Source: Promethearchaeati archaeon SRVP18_Atabeyarchaeia-1
Lineage (GTDB): Archaea > Asgardarchaeota > Atabeyarchaeia > Atabeyarchaeales > Atabeyarchaeaceae
Reading direction: 5' to 3'
Length of the DNA stretch: 64,000 nt
NCBI GenBank assembly: GCA_037308085.1
Contig: CP147779.1
Coordinates: 2,016,001-2,080,000, forward strand
In this document: piece after piece, positions 39,266 through 50,231 of the stretch
How the letters are laid out: every line of letters begins with the position of its first letter
Position numbering within the stretch: the first letter of the stretch is position 1
Notes under the pieces: model-generated
Databases searched by the model: none
Seen by the model: only the letters and a program-made list of their open reading frames with translations
What the model was told of the DNA's origin: nothing
Position numbers and translations under genes: made by a program

Positions 39266-39477
39266 GTGATTCCCCCTCGTGACTGCGTTTCCATTCCTTG
39301 AAATGTGCTAAGTGAGTGTACAGTCATCGGAAGTATTTAACTTTATTCTTCTGAGATCCGCCAGCCCTCGCTTGCAGAGATAGGAGCCCCTCGGATTGAA
39401 CTTGTTAGAAACAAGATGAAGAACCCGGTATATGAGCCGCGCATTTGTACTCCTGCCTAGTTCAGTCGGAGAGGGCT

Positions 39478-40020
39478 TCATGGCTTGCCGATCTCTACTC
39501 TCCTTGCTTCGAGCTTCTTTCTCAGCCGGTCCGCGTCCTTGGGAAATGACAGGTACACGAATGTATAGAGAATCAGGCAGAGGGTCCAAGGAATGAACGC
39601 AATTAGAAACATCGCCTTCGAGAGCGCCAACATGTTCGTCACCCTCATGCCTGCTGGCAGGCTCGGGATAGGGACGCTCGTCGGTGGAACTATGTAGCCG
39701 AAGGCGGATTCAGCAATTGCGCCCACAAGGAAGGTACCTAGCGCTCCAACTGACCCTTCTACCAGCGTGTCGACGGCGTATACGGAGCCCCTAATCTCTG
39801 GCTCAAAGATCTCGCTGAAGATCGGGCTATTGCATCCCGCAGAGCACCATGATATCAGGAAGCCCGTAAGTGCACCCGACAGCATGTAGAGGAGCATGGA
39901 GCTGGTCTGCATTGGGATCAGCATGAACATGACGTACGTCATAGGTATCCCGGAGAAGACTGAGATCTGTGCTATGACGATTCTGCCGCTACGAGGCCGC
40001 CACCTTGAGGTCCTGTCGGA
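39478..40020 (-). pseudogene. 3' half of an MFS transporter (5'-truncated)
   Basis: Frame opens at SDRTSRWRPRSGRIVIAQISV (MFS motif-A-like) after in-frame TGA; EIFEPEIRG; no N-terminal half upstream. Confidence 0.7.
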
Positions 40021-40074
40021 TCAGTGATGAGACGAGGGTCACAGCTTTTAGGGGTGTAGCGCCAAGAATAGGTT

Positions 40075-40914
40075 GTGAATAGGAGCCACTTCGAGATTGA
40101 GAGGTTGATGGTATCGATGGTTAGAAATGGTACTAGCGAAGGGTTGTCAAAATTCGGAAGGCTCAGGTCGACAACGCTATTCGAAGAGCAAGTCGGCAGC
40201 ATACTGACAATTCAGGCGCATCAAGATGACACGGACATTGCCTGCGGAGGAACGATAGCGAAGTTGACCCGCATGGGCAAGAAAGTGACTTACCTTCTAC
40301 TAACCGATGGGCGGCATGGGGTTGCAGATCCTGAGATCCCGAGCGCAGAAGCAATAAAGATGCGGAATGAAGAGCAGAAGCGGGCAGCCAAGATACTGGG
40401 AGTAGAGAAGGTCATTTTCCTCGATTACCCGGATCAGCACATGGATTCTTCGCTCGAGCTGAGGCGAAGGCTGATAGGAATCATACGTGACCTTAAGCCG
40501 GATATAGTATTCACTTTCGACCCGTGGAGGCCGTACGAGGGGAATAGGGATCACAGGCACACCGGGATCATGGCGCTCGAGGCCGCCGGCTTCGCCTACG
40601 ACATGTTTGAGTACCCTGAGAAGGATGCGGATCTCCACATGGTTCTCGAAATGTACCTCTTCCAGCCTTTCCTGCCCGACACGTGGGTCGACATAACCGA
40701 CACAATTGATCTAAAGTTGGACGCGATTCGGCAGCACGAGACTCAACTTGGAGACCAGATCGCTAAGGTCATCAAGGAGAAGAATGCTAGGGACGGGAAG
40801 GTTATCGGAAGGCCATACGCAGAGGCCTTCAAAGTTCTGAAGAGAGGCTTCCCATGGGTTTGGGACGGGCTAGAGGTCGAAGGCTGGAGCCCAGAAAACT
40901 TCTGGACCCCCTAG
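40075..40914 (+). CDS. PIG-L/LmbE family deacetylase
   Basis: AHQDD, GGTIA, TDG..G, R..E...AA..LG, DHR, H.TQ; start uncertain. Confidence 0.88.
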   Translation: MNRSHFEIERLMVSMVRNGTSEGLSKFGRLRSTTLFEEQVGSILTIQAHQDDTDIACGGTIAKLTRMGKKVTYLLLTDGRHGVADPEIPSAEAIKMRNEEQKRAAKILGVEKVIFLDYPDQHMDSSLELRRRLIGIIRDLKPDIVFTFDPWRPYEGNRDHRHTGIMALEAAGFAYDMFEYPEKDADLHMVLEMYLFQPFLPDTWVDITDTIDLKLDAIRQHETQLGDQIAKVIKEKNARDGKVIGRPYAEAFKVLKRGFPWVWDGLEVEGWSPENFWTP

Positions 40915-41013
40915 GAACCCACTTCACCAGCTGCCGGCTGCCAGACGCAAAACGCTAATAAGAACGATCAAGGTAAAACCAACGAAAGGGCACTGCCCCT
41001 TTTTCGAAATCAT

Positions 41014-42102
41014 TTGGCGAGGATGATTGACTTGGAGAAACGTCTTAAAATCGGAATAATAGGAGTCGGAAGCATAGCGCAATGCCACGCGCGAGGCTTT
41101 CTGAAGGACGGACGCGCTCAAATTGTAAACGTCTGCGACCTCCTTGAGGAGGAGGCGGCCAACAAGGCCGCCCGGTGGGGCGCAGAGAGATCATGCGTCG
41201 ACTACAATGAAGTCCTGAAGGATCCCGATGTGGAAGCCGTCGACATCCTACTTCCGCCCAGCCTTCACGCCAAGGTCGCAGTTCAGGCAGCGGAAGCCGG
41301 GAAACACATCTTGACGGAGAAACCACTCGCGACGACGCTGAAGGACTGCGATGAGGTCATAGCAGCTGCAAAGAGGAACAAGGTGAAGCTGATGGTTTGC
41401 CATAATCAGCTGTTCTACCCCCCTCACCAAGAGGCTAAGCGGCTCGTTGACAATGAAATCGGGAATCCCGTTATGTCTACGTCCCTGCTTCACGGTGGAT
41501 TCGGCGCGAGCGGATGGAGAGAAGATCCAGTTATAGGTGGAGGCTTCTTGCTGGAGGCATGCATTCACAGGTTCTACGTCTCGCGTTACCTCATGGGCGA
41601 GGTGAAGCGGGTATCGTGTATGACAGCTAAAACGACCCCCGAACTCAAGACCGAGGATATCGTTTTGGTGAACCTGCAGTTCGAGAAGAACAGGTACGGC
41701 ACCATCAGCGCGAACCGAGGAGCCCCTCCCGCCCTATGGGATGACAGGACAGAAGTTGTTGGAGACGACGGCATGATCATCATAAACGGCGTCGAAGACC
41801 ACATACTGGGCGGCCTACCCCTGATGCTCTACAAGGATGGCGCGTGGAAGTCATACATGACGCCAAGAGTGTTTGGGGAAACCGCCGAGGGCATGGATGG
41901 TATCCCGGAGGAAGTGAAGTTCACCAGCAACGAGCTAGACAACAAGTTCGTAAACACCTTCTACTACGTGATCAAGCACTTCATCGACTGCATTATCGAG
42001 GACAAGGCGCCTTTCGTCCCAGGCGAGGAAGGAAGAAGACTCGTCGAAATAATGCTTGCCGCATACAAGTCCGCTGAAACCGGAAAGGTCGTAAACGTCT
42101 AA
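41014..42102 (+). CDS. Gfo/Idh/MocA family oxidoreductase
   Basis: GIIGVG, GKHILTEKP; close paralog of 52919..54007. Confidence 0.92.
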   Translation: MARMIDLEKRLKIGIIGVGSIAQCHARGFLKDGRAQIVNVCDLLEEEAANKAARWGAERSCVDYNEVLKDPDVEAVDILLPPSLHAKVAVQAAEAGKHILTEKPLATTLKDCDEVIAAAKRNKVKLMVCHNQLFYPPHQEAKRLVDNEIGNPVMSTSLLHGGFGASGWREDPVIGGGFLLEACIHRFYVSRYLMGEVKRVSCMTAKTTPELKTEDIVLVNLQFEKNRYGTISANRGAPPALWDDRTEVVGDDGMIIINGVEDHILGGLPLMLYKDGAWKSYMTPRVFGETAEGMDGIPEEVKFTSNELDNKFVNTFYYVIKHFIDCIIEDKAPFVPGEEGRRLVEIMLAAYKSAETGKVVNV

Positions 42103-42131
42103 AGCAAGACTAGCGCGCACTAGCAAAGCTA

Positions 42132-43085
42132 ATGCTTTCTAGGAACTCTAATATACATGTGGCCATAATACCGAGAGAAAATGATAATTGGGTGGAAATC
42201 GGCATGCCGAGATTCTGTCTGGGCGAAAATGGCTTTATTTTTGGTAAACCTTGGCACGATATGATCGATAAGCAACAGATCCTCGAATTCGCAAAGAAGG
42301 AGGGCTTTGGGGGGATGGAGCTTCACCCCTACTACGAGTCGTTCTCTAAAGGCTCGGAAGACAGCATACGCGACGAGTACAGAAGTTACGGCCTCGAAAT
42401 CCCCTGTATCCAGACCGGGTTTGTTACTGGCATGTACTCGCCACTAAGCTCCAGCGAAGAAACAAGGAAGAAATTCGTTGAGACAATGAAGGAGTGGATC
42501 GAGTTTGCACACCTATTGGGCGCTCCCACAGCGACAGTCTCCCCTCCGCAGTTCTCAGCCGACGTCGTGATGAATGGGTACTCCCATGACGATATGGTGA
42601 ACATGTTCATCGACGCCTTGAGGCAGATAGTTGACACAGCCGAGGAGAACAAGGTTGTCCTCGCCTTCGAGCCAGAGCCTCAGATGATACTCAACGGCGG
42701 CTTCGTCAGGAAGCCGATAGAGGATACGCTGAAGGTTCTTGACGAGATCAAGTCTGACTACGTGAAGGTCCTCTACGATGTCACCCACGCCAACACCCTT
42801 GGGAAAGGCGATCCAGTGGGCTTCCTAAGAGCCCTGAAGGGCAGGGTAGGGTGGACGCACCTGGCCGACAACGACGGGTGGATAACTCCCTACTTCTTCT
42901 CGAGCAATCACCTGGAATTCGGGAAAGGCAACATAAACATTGAAGCGGTAATGAAGACACTCAAGGAAACCTGTCCACACCTGGAGTGGTTACAGGTCGA
43001 TGTCTGGGAAGCCACGGATCCATTCGGCATGGCGAGTAAGAACAAGGGAGTCCTTGAGCGCATCCTGAAGCGAATCAGATGGTGA
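42132..43085 (+). CDS. Sugar phosphate isomerase/epimerase (xylose isomerase-like TIM barrel)
   Basis: GF.GMEL, LAFEPEP, YDVTH, HLADN; start may be GTG 42192. Confidence 0.85.
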   Translation: MLSRNSNIHVAIIPRENDNWVEIGMPRFCLGENGFIFGKPWHDMIDKQQILEFAKKEGFGGMELHPYYESFSKGSEDSIRDEYRSYGLEIPCIQTGFVTGMYSPLSSSEETRKKFVETMKEWIEFAHLLGAPTATVSPPQFSADVVMNGYSHDDMVNMFIDALRQIVDTAEENKVVLAFEPEPQMILNGGFVRKPIEDTLKVLDEIKSDYVKVLYDVTHANTLGKGDPVGFLRALKGRVGWTHLADNDGWITPYFFSSNHLEFGKGNINIEAVMKTLKETCPHLEWLQVDVWEATDPFGMASKNKGVLERILKRIRW

Positions 43086-43660
43086 CCCTCCTCCCTTTTC
43101 TTCAGTGGAGACTCATCGTAGAGTGGTCGCTTCCACGGCGAGTGCCTTGCCCTGCGCAACTCCAGTATGGCAATCTATATAGCTTGGCAGATCTGAGCGT
43201 AAGCCTGGGGAGTTTTGCAGCATTGGGTAGGCTTCGAATACTAAGGGTTGATTCGATACCAGGTACGCCGCGCTGCGGAATAGTCCTTATGGTATTGGAA
43301 GGAGTCCTTGAGGCTGGCACGGCAATCGAGTGTGGATCGCACTTCCTGCGGGTACTGGCCATGGCTAGGCCAGGCTACAAGAGGCGGCAAAACGACACGA
43401 TCTCACCTGGAGACCTGCTGGATTCCGCAAGAGAGGGCGAAACAGTCGAAGCACTAGTGGATATGGCTCTCTTTGATTCGCCACTCGCAGACTTGTTATA
43501 CCACGACCTTGAGTTTCAGTAGGCAGCCAAGTCAGCGTGACACCAGTCCCTTTCCGGACAAATCGGGTCTCTTATCCGGACTCAAGATACCCAGAAGAAA
43601 GTGGAATCGATGCGCTTCCGCAAAAGCTTCATATACGGCCATGCAAGAGGTCGCCATGCT

Positions 43661-44500
43661 TCACCTGTACTTTCTGAGGACTCCATCCATGTATTCCTTA
43701 GAATCTCGTATCATTGCGTCGGCGTCTATCGGGGCGCCAGACCAAGTTTGGACGCAGACGTAGCCATCATACCCTATGCTCTTGAGTGTCGCGACTAGTC
43801 CATCCCAGTTGACCGTGCCCTTTCCGAGTGTCACATGTGTCCAGTGTATTCCGTCATTGTCTGCGGCGTGAATGTAGCACAGGTGTTGTCCTGCTTTTCT
43901 TATGTCATCGGCGAAGTTTGGATAGGTGATGTTCTGTTGGGCGGTGTCGAAGATGATCTTCACCATTTTCGAGTTGAGCTCCTTGATCATTTCCAGCGCG
44001 TCGTCGATGGTGAGCATTAGTGGGCTGTCTCCAATGTACTGTGGGTGTAAGCCTAGGATCACGTTCTTCTCCTCTGCCAGTGCGGCCAGCTCCTGGAACG
44101 CCTCCATAGTCCACTTTCTTCCCTGCTCCCTTGGAGTGCCGTACAGGCAGTGACCTGTGAGGACATTTATGAGTGGACATCCGATGTCGGCTGCGAGGTT
44201 CACGTTGTCCCTGTAGTATTGAAGGGTCTCGTCTCTGACTTTCTTGTTTGAGTGGGAGAAGTTAAGCCCCAAGTTTAGAATGCCACCCGCAACGGCGAAG
44301 CCCGTCAGCTCGAGTCTCTGGTCGTCAATCAACTCCCTTACTGCTCTTCTTTCCTCCTCGGAGTAGTGTCCCGGATAGAGATGCGGGGGACCCGTGTAGA
44401 GGTCTATACCCTTGTACCCTGCTTCAGCTATTCGTCTTATGGCCTCGTCAAGAGGCGTACTTACGATGTAGGCTAGAGTGCAGCAACTCAACTTCAGCAT
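43661..44500 (-). CDS. Sugar phosphate isomerase/epimerase (TIM barrel)
   Basis: AGYKGID, FDTAQ, YIHAADN, GKG.VNW, GYDG. Confidence 0.85.
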   Translation of the reverse strand: MLKLSCCTLAYIVSTPLDEAIRRIAEAGYKGIDLYTGPPHLYPGHYSEEERRAVRELIDDQRLELTGFAVAGGILNLGLNFSHSNKKVRDETLQYYRDNVNLAADIGCPLINVLTGHCLYGTPREQGRKWTMEAFQELAALAEEKNVILGLHPQYIGDSPLMLTIDDALEMIKELNSKMVKIIFDTAQQNITYPNFADDIRKAGQHLCYIHAADNDGIHWTHVTLGKGTVNWDGLVATLKSIGYDGYVCVQTWSGAPIDADAMIRDSKEYMDGVLRKYR

Positions 44501-44720
44501 GATTAATCACAGACTTGTCTTGAAGCCTCGTGATATATAAGAGTTCTCGGGGAGAGACTATGAGCTTCAAGGCTCACTTCTGGGTCAGTTTCGCCTGAGG
44601 TAGATGCCTTCAAGGGGGTTCTGGTCTCCGCCAATTGGAGCGGGCATTGAAACCGATGGTTTTTATATCTCCACTGCACTTCTATGACACTGACAATCGA
44701 TTGGTAGGGAGTTTTCGTTT

Positions 44721-45548
44721 ATGCCGGAAAAAAGGAAGGATGTCAGCGAAACGCCGGGACTCGGGTGGAGAGTATCGCTCAGTATTGTTGCTGGCATAGG
44801 ATGGTTGATATTCCTCATCGTATGGTTCTTCTTCTATGCCCTGGGCTTCACACTCTACCAGAACATTGCAGTCCTCATTGTGTCAATGGTAGCCGTCGCC
44901 GTCATCGAGGGCCTCACTTGGGTACCAATGTGGTGGCAGCCCGATACGCCAGGATTCAAGCGCCTAGTTTCCCTCAACATAGTTCTCGGTGCACTCATAG
45001 CGGTGTTCGTCTTCATCTGGCTCTTCTTCTACGCCGAGGGCTTCACACTCTACATGAACATAGCCTTCATCGTCATCCCGCTTACGTTCTGGGGCGTACT
45101 CCAATCTGTCACGAGGCGCCGCTGGATGAAGGAGAAACCTTGGCTATCAACAGCAAGATACGCGGTCAGCCAATTGGTCAGCATAGCATGGGGCGCCTTT
45201 CTCTTCGTGTGGTTCTACTACTATGCCCAGACCTACACGTTCACTGAGAATGTTCTAGTGTTCTTTGTCTCCGCAATTATCATGGGTACGATGCAGGGAC
45301 TTATTCGAGCGCCATGGAAGTCCGGAACTGCAGAGCCTGGACTCGGATGGAGGGTAGCATTAAGCGCGATAATGGGTGTCGGGTGGATACTCTTTGTCAT
45401 TTTCTGGCTACTGCTCTACGCACCAGGTTTCAGTTTCCTACAGAACTTGGCGATCATAATAGTGTCGCTGCTCATCATGGCGGCAGTACTCGGCGCTGCT
45501 TGGGCGCCTTGGGCAATAAAGCACGGCGCCAGAAGCTCTAAGAAATAG
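44721..45548 (+). CDS. Membrane protein with four tandem 2-TM repeats
   Basis: Repeats of PGLGWRV.LS....GW..F...W...YA.GF...QN.A. Confidence 0.8.
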   Translation: MPEKRKDVSETPGLGWRVSLSIVAGIGWLIFLIVWFFFYALGFTLYQNIAVLIVSMVAVAVIEGLTWVPMWWQPDTPGFKRLVSLNIVLGALIAVFVFIWLFFYAEGFTLYMNIAFIVIPLTFWGVLQSVTRRRWMKEKPWLSTARYAVSQLVSIAWGAFLFVWFYYYAQTYTFTENVLVFFVSAIIMGTMQGLIRAPWKSGTAEPGLGWRVALSAIMGVGWILFVIFWLLLYAPGFSFLQNLAIIIVSLLIMAAVLGAAWAPWAIKHGARSSKK

Positions 45549-45717
45549 CATTTCCCTCACGCTCCGCAGTCCAGATGGATGACTCTGAAGAGAACAAAAA
45601 CACTGGCTGCCTGCGCGAGGCTCCCCATCTTTTTTAATTCTTGTTGTTAGCTCTCATACGAGCTTTAATATAGGAGGTGGGTCAGAGCTAAGATGCAACA
45701 CCACAGGAGTGGAGTAT

Positions 45718-45966
45718 ATGCCTCAAGACAACGAAGACGCCGCCAGCGCACCCGGACTGGGATGGAGAGTATCAGTTACCGTAGCAGTGAGCCTCGGCTG
45801 GCTTGTGTTTCTGATTCTCTGGTTAGCCTTCCTTTCTGTCGGCTGGCCCCTCTACCAGAGCATAGCCATCGTGCTCATCTCTATCCTCCTACTTGTCGTG
45901 ATACTGTCGTTGATGTGGGTGCCTTGGGGACTGAAGTATGGACGAAAGTACATGAAAGAAGAATAG
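45718..45966 (+). CDS. Small membrane protein, single copy of the same 2-TM repeat
   Basis: PGLGWRVSVTVAVSLGWLVFLILWLAF...LYQSIA. Confidence 0.75.
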   Translation: MPQDNEDAASAPGLGWRVSVTVAVSLGWLVFLILWLAFLSVGWPLYQSIAIVLISILLLVVILSLMWVPWGLKYGRKYMKEE

Positions 45967-46037
45967 CCAATTCTTCTTTCTCTGTTCTGCCGACTCTGAC
46001 AAGCCTCTCACCAAAGAGCCTCGATGTGGAGAATTGG

Positions 46038-47171
46038 TCAGGCTTCCTCACAGCAGGGCAGATTCTTGTACGGATAGGGTCGGTAGCTCAGGGAGTAGGG
46101 GATGACCCTCTGGAGTTCCGTCATTGATGGAAGGTTGCCCACCTTGCCTGCCCCGTACTTGAAGGTGTCAAGCTGGCTAGCAAGATCTACTTTTCCAGAA
46201 ACGAGCGCAACCACTGTGCTGTCCAGCTTCAGCAGATCTTGTCCCGCAACTATGTACGGGAAGTCAACCGTTCTGCCGAAGATTGGCCCTTCAGAGTCCT
46301 GCCCGAGCGGGCCAGAGACTATTCCGAATATGCGGTCTTTTAAGCCTACCTTCCAGAAGGCGTAGTGGTAGACCATCGCCTTTGCAAGGTCCTTGTGCAT
46401 GAATGCCTTGTACTGCGGGTAGAGCCCCAGTGCGATGTTCTTCATGGAGCCCGTCATCCAAGCCTGCGGCTCATCATGGGTTTTTGGGAGTGTAAGCGAT
46501 ATAACTCCTACGCCGCCTTCCTTCAGGACTCGAGGTAGCTTCTCAAGCAGCTTCCTCCTAATACTCTCTTTTGGCATAAGCCCTGGTCCAAGGAGGCTTT
46601 CGACTTTGCGAGTAATTTCCCTTCTTTCATCAGGGGTCATCACCGGTTCCTTGCTCAGGTTAAGGATCTGCACCCGTTGTCCCTTTGACTGGTAACCCCT
46701 GACCAAGTTCCCGATTCCACTCAACTCAAGCAATAGGTCAAAGCCGAAGTCATGCATGTCTTGGTCTGGCCCTTTATGCCTCATCTTTTCTTCAATGGCT
46801 TTGCGTTCGTTCTCTGGCAGCTTAGCCAGGATCTCGGGCATTCCTGCTCCTTTGTGGTATGTTATTGTCTCGACTATCTTGATCGGCTGACTAACTTTGA
46901 GGTAATCCAGGAGGTAGTCGACGAGCGCCCTGACTACCACCGGGTGAGTTATGCACCCTGTTTCGGGGGGCCTCGGATTGGTCAGGTTGGGTTTGATCCA
47001 TATTTCGCTGCAGTCAGCTATCTGCCTCATTTGCCTGGTGACAGCGTCCTCGCGCAGGAAATCATGAATAGCCCGCTCGATTTGAGGTAGCATATCGCTC
47101 CTGAAGCGCCCCTGGTATATCCTCGCCAAGTGGACATCTTCTATCTCAAGAGTTTCCTTCAAGCGAATCAC
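46038..47171 (-). CDS. DUF362 domain protein
   Basis: IKPNL, THP.VV.AL, PKTH, T.SMKN. Confidence 0.75.
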   Translation of the reverse strand: MIRLKETLEIEDVHLARIYQGRFRSDMLPQIERAIHDFLREDAVTRQMRQIADCSEIWIKPNLTNPRPPETGCITHPVVVRALVDYLLDYLKVSQPIKIVETITYHKGAGMPEILAKLPENERKAIEEKMRHKGPDQDMHDFGFDLLLELSGIGNLVRGYQSKGQRVQILNLSKEPVMTPDERREITRKVESLLGPGLMPKESIRRKLLEKLPRVLKEGGVGVISLTLPKTHDEPQAWMTGSMKNIALGLYPQYKAFMHKDLAKAMVYHYAFWKVGLKDRIFGIVSGPLGQDSEGPIFGRTVDFPYIVAGQDLLKLDSTVVALVSGKVDLASQLDTFKYGAGKVGNLPSMTELQRVIPYSLSYRPYPYKNLPCCEEA

Positions 47172-47327
47172 GACAGAGTTCTAGCTGGTTGGGGGCTCAT
47201 ATAAGCTTTTAAATTCCAGAAGCGCATGGGAAGGCAACGCAGCTGATGGTGGATGCTAGAGCAGTAACCCTAAAATACAGTCATCCGTAACTATATGTTC
47301 AAAACTCCCTTCAGAGGAGGAGCCGGA

Positions 47328-49766
47328 ATGCTTAATGAACTTCCACCTGAGAAACTGAGAAATGACGTCAAACCTCAAACTTTTAGTTGCGAGTCAACCG
47401 AGGAATTGACCCCCAGTGAGGAGATCGTCGGTCAAGAAAGGGCCGTAAGAGCCCTGAAATTCGGGCTCAACATCAAGGAACGGGGCTTCAACATCTATGT
47501 AGCGGGTGTGCCAGGGTCGGGCAGAAAAACCGCGGTCAAGGCCTTTCTCGAGGAGATGGCTAAGCGGAAACCTGTCCCCTCTGATTGGTGCTACGTAAAC
47601 AACTTCTCAAATCCCTTCACTTCAAGAGCCATAAAACTACCACCTGGACGCGGCAAAGAGTTCAAGAAGGACATGAAGAGCTTCGTCGAAAGCGTCCGAA
47701 CAATACTACCAAAGGCCTTCGAGAGTGAGGACTACGCCACGAGGCGGGATGCCGTAATCAAGAGCGTTGAGGAGAAAAGGGAGCAGCTCCTTGAGCAGCT
47801 CAACGCCAAAGCCCAGCAGGCGGGCTTCGCTCTCCGCACGACTCAGATTGGAATCGTCACCGTCCCCGTCGTCAAAGGCAAGCCGCTCAGCGACGAGGAA
47901 TTCATGGCTCTCCCCCCTCAGGCCAAAGAGGAGATTCGTAAGAGAAGCGACGACCTGACCTCGCAGCTTAGGCTTGCGTTTATACAAGTCCGAAGCTTGG
48001 AGAAAGAGGCAGGCGAGAAAGTGGAGGAGCTGAACAAGGAAGTCACGATTTTCGCGATCGGGCACCTCGTAGACTCTCTCGTCGAGAAATACGGGGAAGT
48101 ACCAGATGTCAAGACATACCTGGACGAGGTGCGCAACGATATTCTTGAGAACATAGTTCAGTTCCTGAAGGAACCTGAGACTCCGCAGACTCCGGTCCCC
48201 GTGCCGTGGATGAAGGAGCTTCCCTTCAGGAAGTATGAAGTCAACGTGATAGTTGACAACTCAGCGCTGAAGGGAGCCCCAGTCATTCTTGAACTCAATC
48301 CGACCTACCAGAATCTCTTTGGCTTGGTTGAGAAGGAAGCGCAATTCGGCGTTCTAACGACTGACTTCACCTTGATTCGTGGAGGCTCGTTCCATAAGGC
48401 GAATGGTGGGTACCTGGTGCTGCCGGCTGAGGACTTGCTGATCAACCCTCTGTCTTATGATGCAATAAAGAAGGCCCTCATGAATGAGCGGCTATCGATA
48501 GAGGAAATTGCGGAGAAGCTTGGCTACGTCACGACCAAGGGCTTGAGACCAGCTCCCATTCCCTTGGACGCTAAGGTCATTCTCATCGGCGGCTCAGAGA
48601 TCTATCAGCAACTCTACATGCTCGACGCGGAATTCAAGGAGCTCTTCAAAGTGAAGGCTGAATTCGATACGACGATGGATCGCTCAGACAAGAATATGGA
48701 GAAGTACGCCGCGTCCATATGCGGCGTCTGCGAAAGGGAGAAGCTTAGACACCTTGACGTCTCCGGTTTGTCGCAGCTCATTGCCTACAGTTCCCGGCTA
48801 GCGGAGGACCAGAAGAAGTTGTCTACTAGGTTCGGCGACATCGCTGACATCATTAGGGAAGCTAGTTACTATGCTACGCAGGACAAGTCAGAATACATTA
48901 GTGAGAAGCACGTGAAGAAGGCGATGGATGAGAGGTTCTACCGCTCCAGCCTCGTCCAAGAGAAGATCCGGGAAATGATCGAGAGAAACGTAATCTTGAT
49001 CAACACGGACGGAGAATCAGTCGGGCAAGTCAATGGACTATCAGTGATGAGCATGGGAGACTTCATGTTCGGGGCTCCCTCTCGGGTCACCGCCAGCGTG
49101 GGACTTGGAAAAGAGGGGATCGTCGACATACAGCGGGAAGCCAAAATGGGCGGACCAATTCACACCAAGGGAGTGCTGATCCTGAGCGGCTACCTAATGG
49201 ACAAGTTCACCCAAGATAAGCCACTAAGCCTCTCAAGCCACCTGGTATTCGAGCAAAGCTACGGAATGGTTGAGGGAGACAGCGCATCCAGCACCGAACT
49301 CTACGCCATACTCTCGGCTCTATCAGGAGCCCCAATCAAACAACATTTCGCCGTCACCGGCTCGGTTAACCAGAAAGGCGAGGTCCAAGCCATCGGCGGA
49401 GTGAACGAGAAGATCGAAGGCTATTTTGAAGTATGCAAAGCTAAGGGCTTAAACGGAAAGCAGAGCGTACTCATACCCGAGAGCAACGCGGATAACCTCA
49501 TGCTCAAGGAAGAAGTCGTTCAAGCTGTGAAACAAGGCAAGTTCCACATATACCCCGTGAAGACAATAGACCAAGGCATAGAGATGCTCACAGGAGTTAA
49601 AGCAGGCACGAGAGGCAAGGATGGAACCTTCGAAGCTGGGACAATATGCTACAGAGTCGACAAGCGCCTCGCAGCAATGGCGGAGAAGCTAAAAGAAGCA
49701 CCTCGGGGGCTCTCCAAAGAGAAACGGAAACGGGAAACCAACGACGAAGAGGAAACAGAGGAGTAG
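47328..49766 (+). CDS. Lon-like protease (LonC/AAA_32 type, soluble)
   Basis: GQERA, G.PGSGRKT, HKANGGYL, GQVNGL, EGDSASS, GGVNEKIEG. Confidence 0.92.
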   Translation: MLNELPPEKLRNDVKPQTFSCESTEELTPSEEIVGQERAVRALKFGLNIKERGFNIYVAGVPGSGRKTAVKAFLEEMAKRKPVPSDWCYVNNFSNPFTSRAIKLPPGRGKEFKKDMKSFVESVRTILPKAFESEDYATRRDAVIKSVEEKREQLLEQLNAKAQQAGFALRTTQIGIVTVPVVKGKPLSDEEFMALPPQAKEEIRKRSDDLTSQLRLAFIQVRSLEKEAGEKVEELNKEVTIFAIGHLVDSLVEKYGEVPDVKTYLDEVRNDILENIVQFLKEPETPQTPVPVPWMKELPFRKYEVNVIVDNSALKGAPVILELNPTYQNLFGLVEKEAQFGVLTTDFTLIRGGSFHKANGGYLVLPAEDLLINPLSYDAIKKALMNERLSIEEIAEKLGYVTTKGLRPAPIPLDAKVILIGGSEIYQQLYMLDAEFKELFKVKAEFDTTMDRSDKNMEKYAASICGVCEREKLRHLDVSGLSQLIAYSSRLAEDQKKLSTRFGDIADIIREASYYATQDKSEYISEKHVKKAMDERFYRSSLVQEKIREMIERNVILINTDGESVGQVNGLSVMSMGDFMFGAPSRVTASVGLGKEGIVDIQREAKMGGPIHTKGVLILSGYLMDKFTQDKPLSLSSHLVFEQSYGMVEGDSASSTELYAILSALSGAPIKQHFAVTGSVNQKGEVQAIGGVNEKIEGYFEVCKAKGLNGKQSVLIPESNADNLMLKEEVVQAVKQGKFHIYPVKTIDQGIEMLTGVKAGTRGKDGTFEAGTICYRVDKRLAAMAEKLKEAPRGLSKEKRKRETNDEEETEE

Positions 49767-49848
49767 GTACTCTAGATACTGGGGAACGAGTTCAACCTAT
49801 TTATACTCGTACAACCTTCTCTTTCTATTTTGTGGAGGAGAAGTCGAA

Positions 49849-50133
49849 ATGATGTTTTCTGCTATTCACACTCATCCTGCACTGGAATGCCCGCGCATGT
49901 CATCTCAGGGGAAAGCGACGATTAGAAGGGTCTTCTCCAACGAGAACATGAAGAGATTCGGGATCAAGTTGGTAGGCGCCTACCTAAGTTGCCCGAAGAA
50001 CACGGGAGAAGATCATAGAGGCTTCTTCATTGTGGATGCCGACAGCGCGGCGACAGTTACAAGGTTTTTTAGCCCTCTGCCCGTCGACATAAGGCAAGTC
50101 ACACCTCTAAGCGAGATAATGAAAAACCTTTGA
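49849..50133 (+). CDS. Small hypothetical protein (HTH...CP motif)
   Basis: 94-aa ORF followed by a T-tract terminator; H.GFFIVDA. Confidence 0.6.
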   Translation: MMFSAIHTHPALECPRMSSQGKATIRRVFSNENMKRFGIKLVGAYLSCPKNTGEDHRGFFIVDADSAATVTRFFSPLPVDIRQVTPLSEIMKNL

Positions 50134-50231
50134 CGGAAACAGGGGCAACTCTCCTTTTTTTGTCGCGTGCATCTTCTCCGCGTAGAGATGGAACGATGGT
50201 CTGATAAAGCAACGCATAAATAGAGAGTCAT

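Noticed and set aside
40021-40023. In-frame TGA before the MFS fragment as possible selenocysteine readthrough
   Set aside because: Another in-frame TGA lies six codons upstream, there is no MFS-like sequence beyond it, and no SECIS was recognised
43079-43522. 147-aa ORF between the two TIM-barrel genes
   Set aside because: No recognisable motif; a short real gene from about 43289 cannot be excluded but is unsupported
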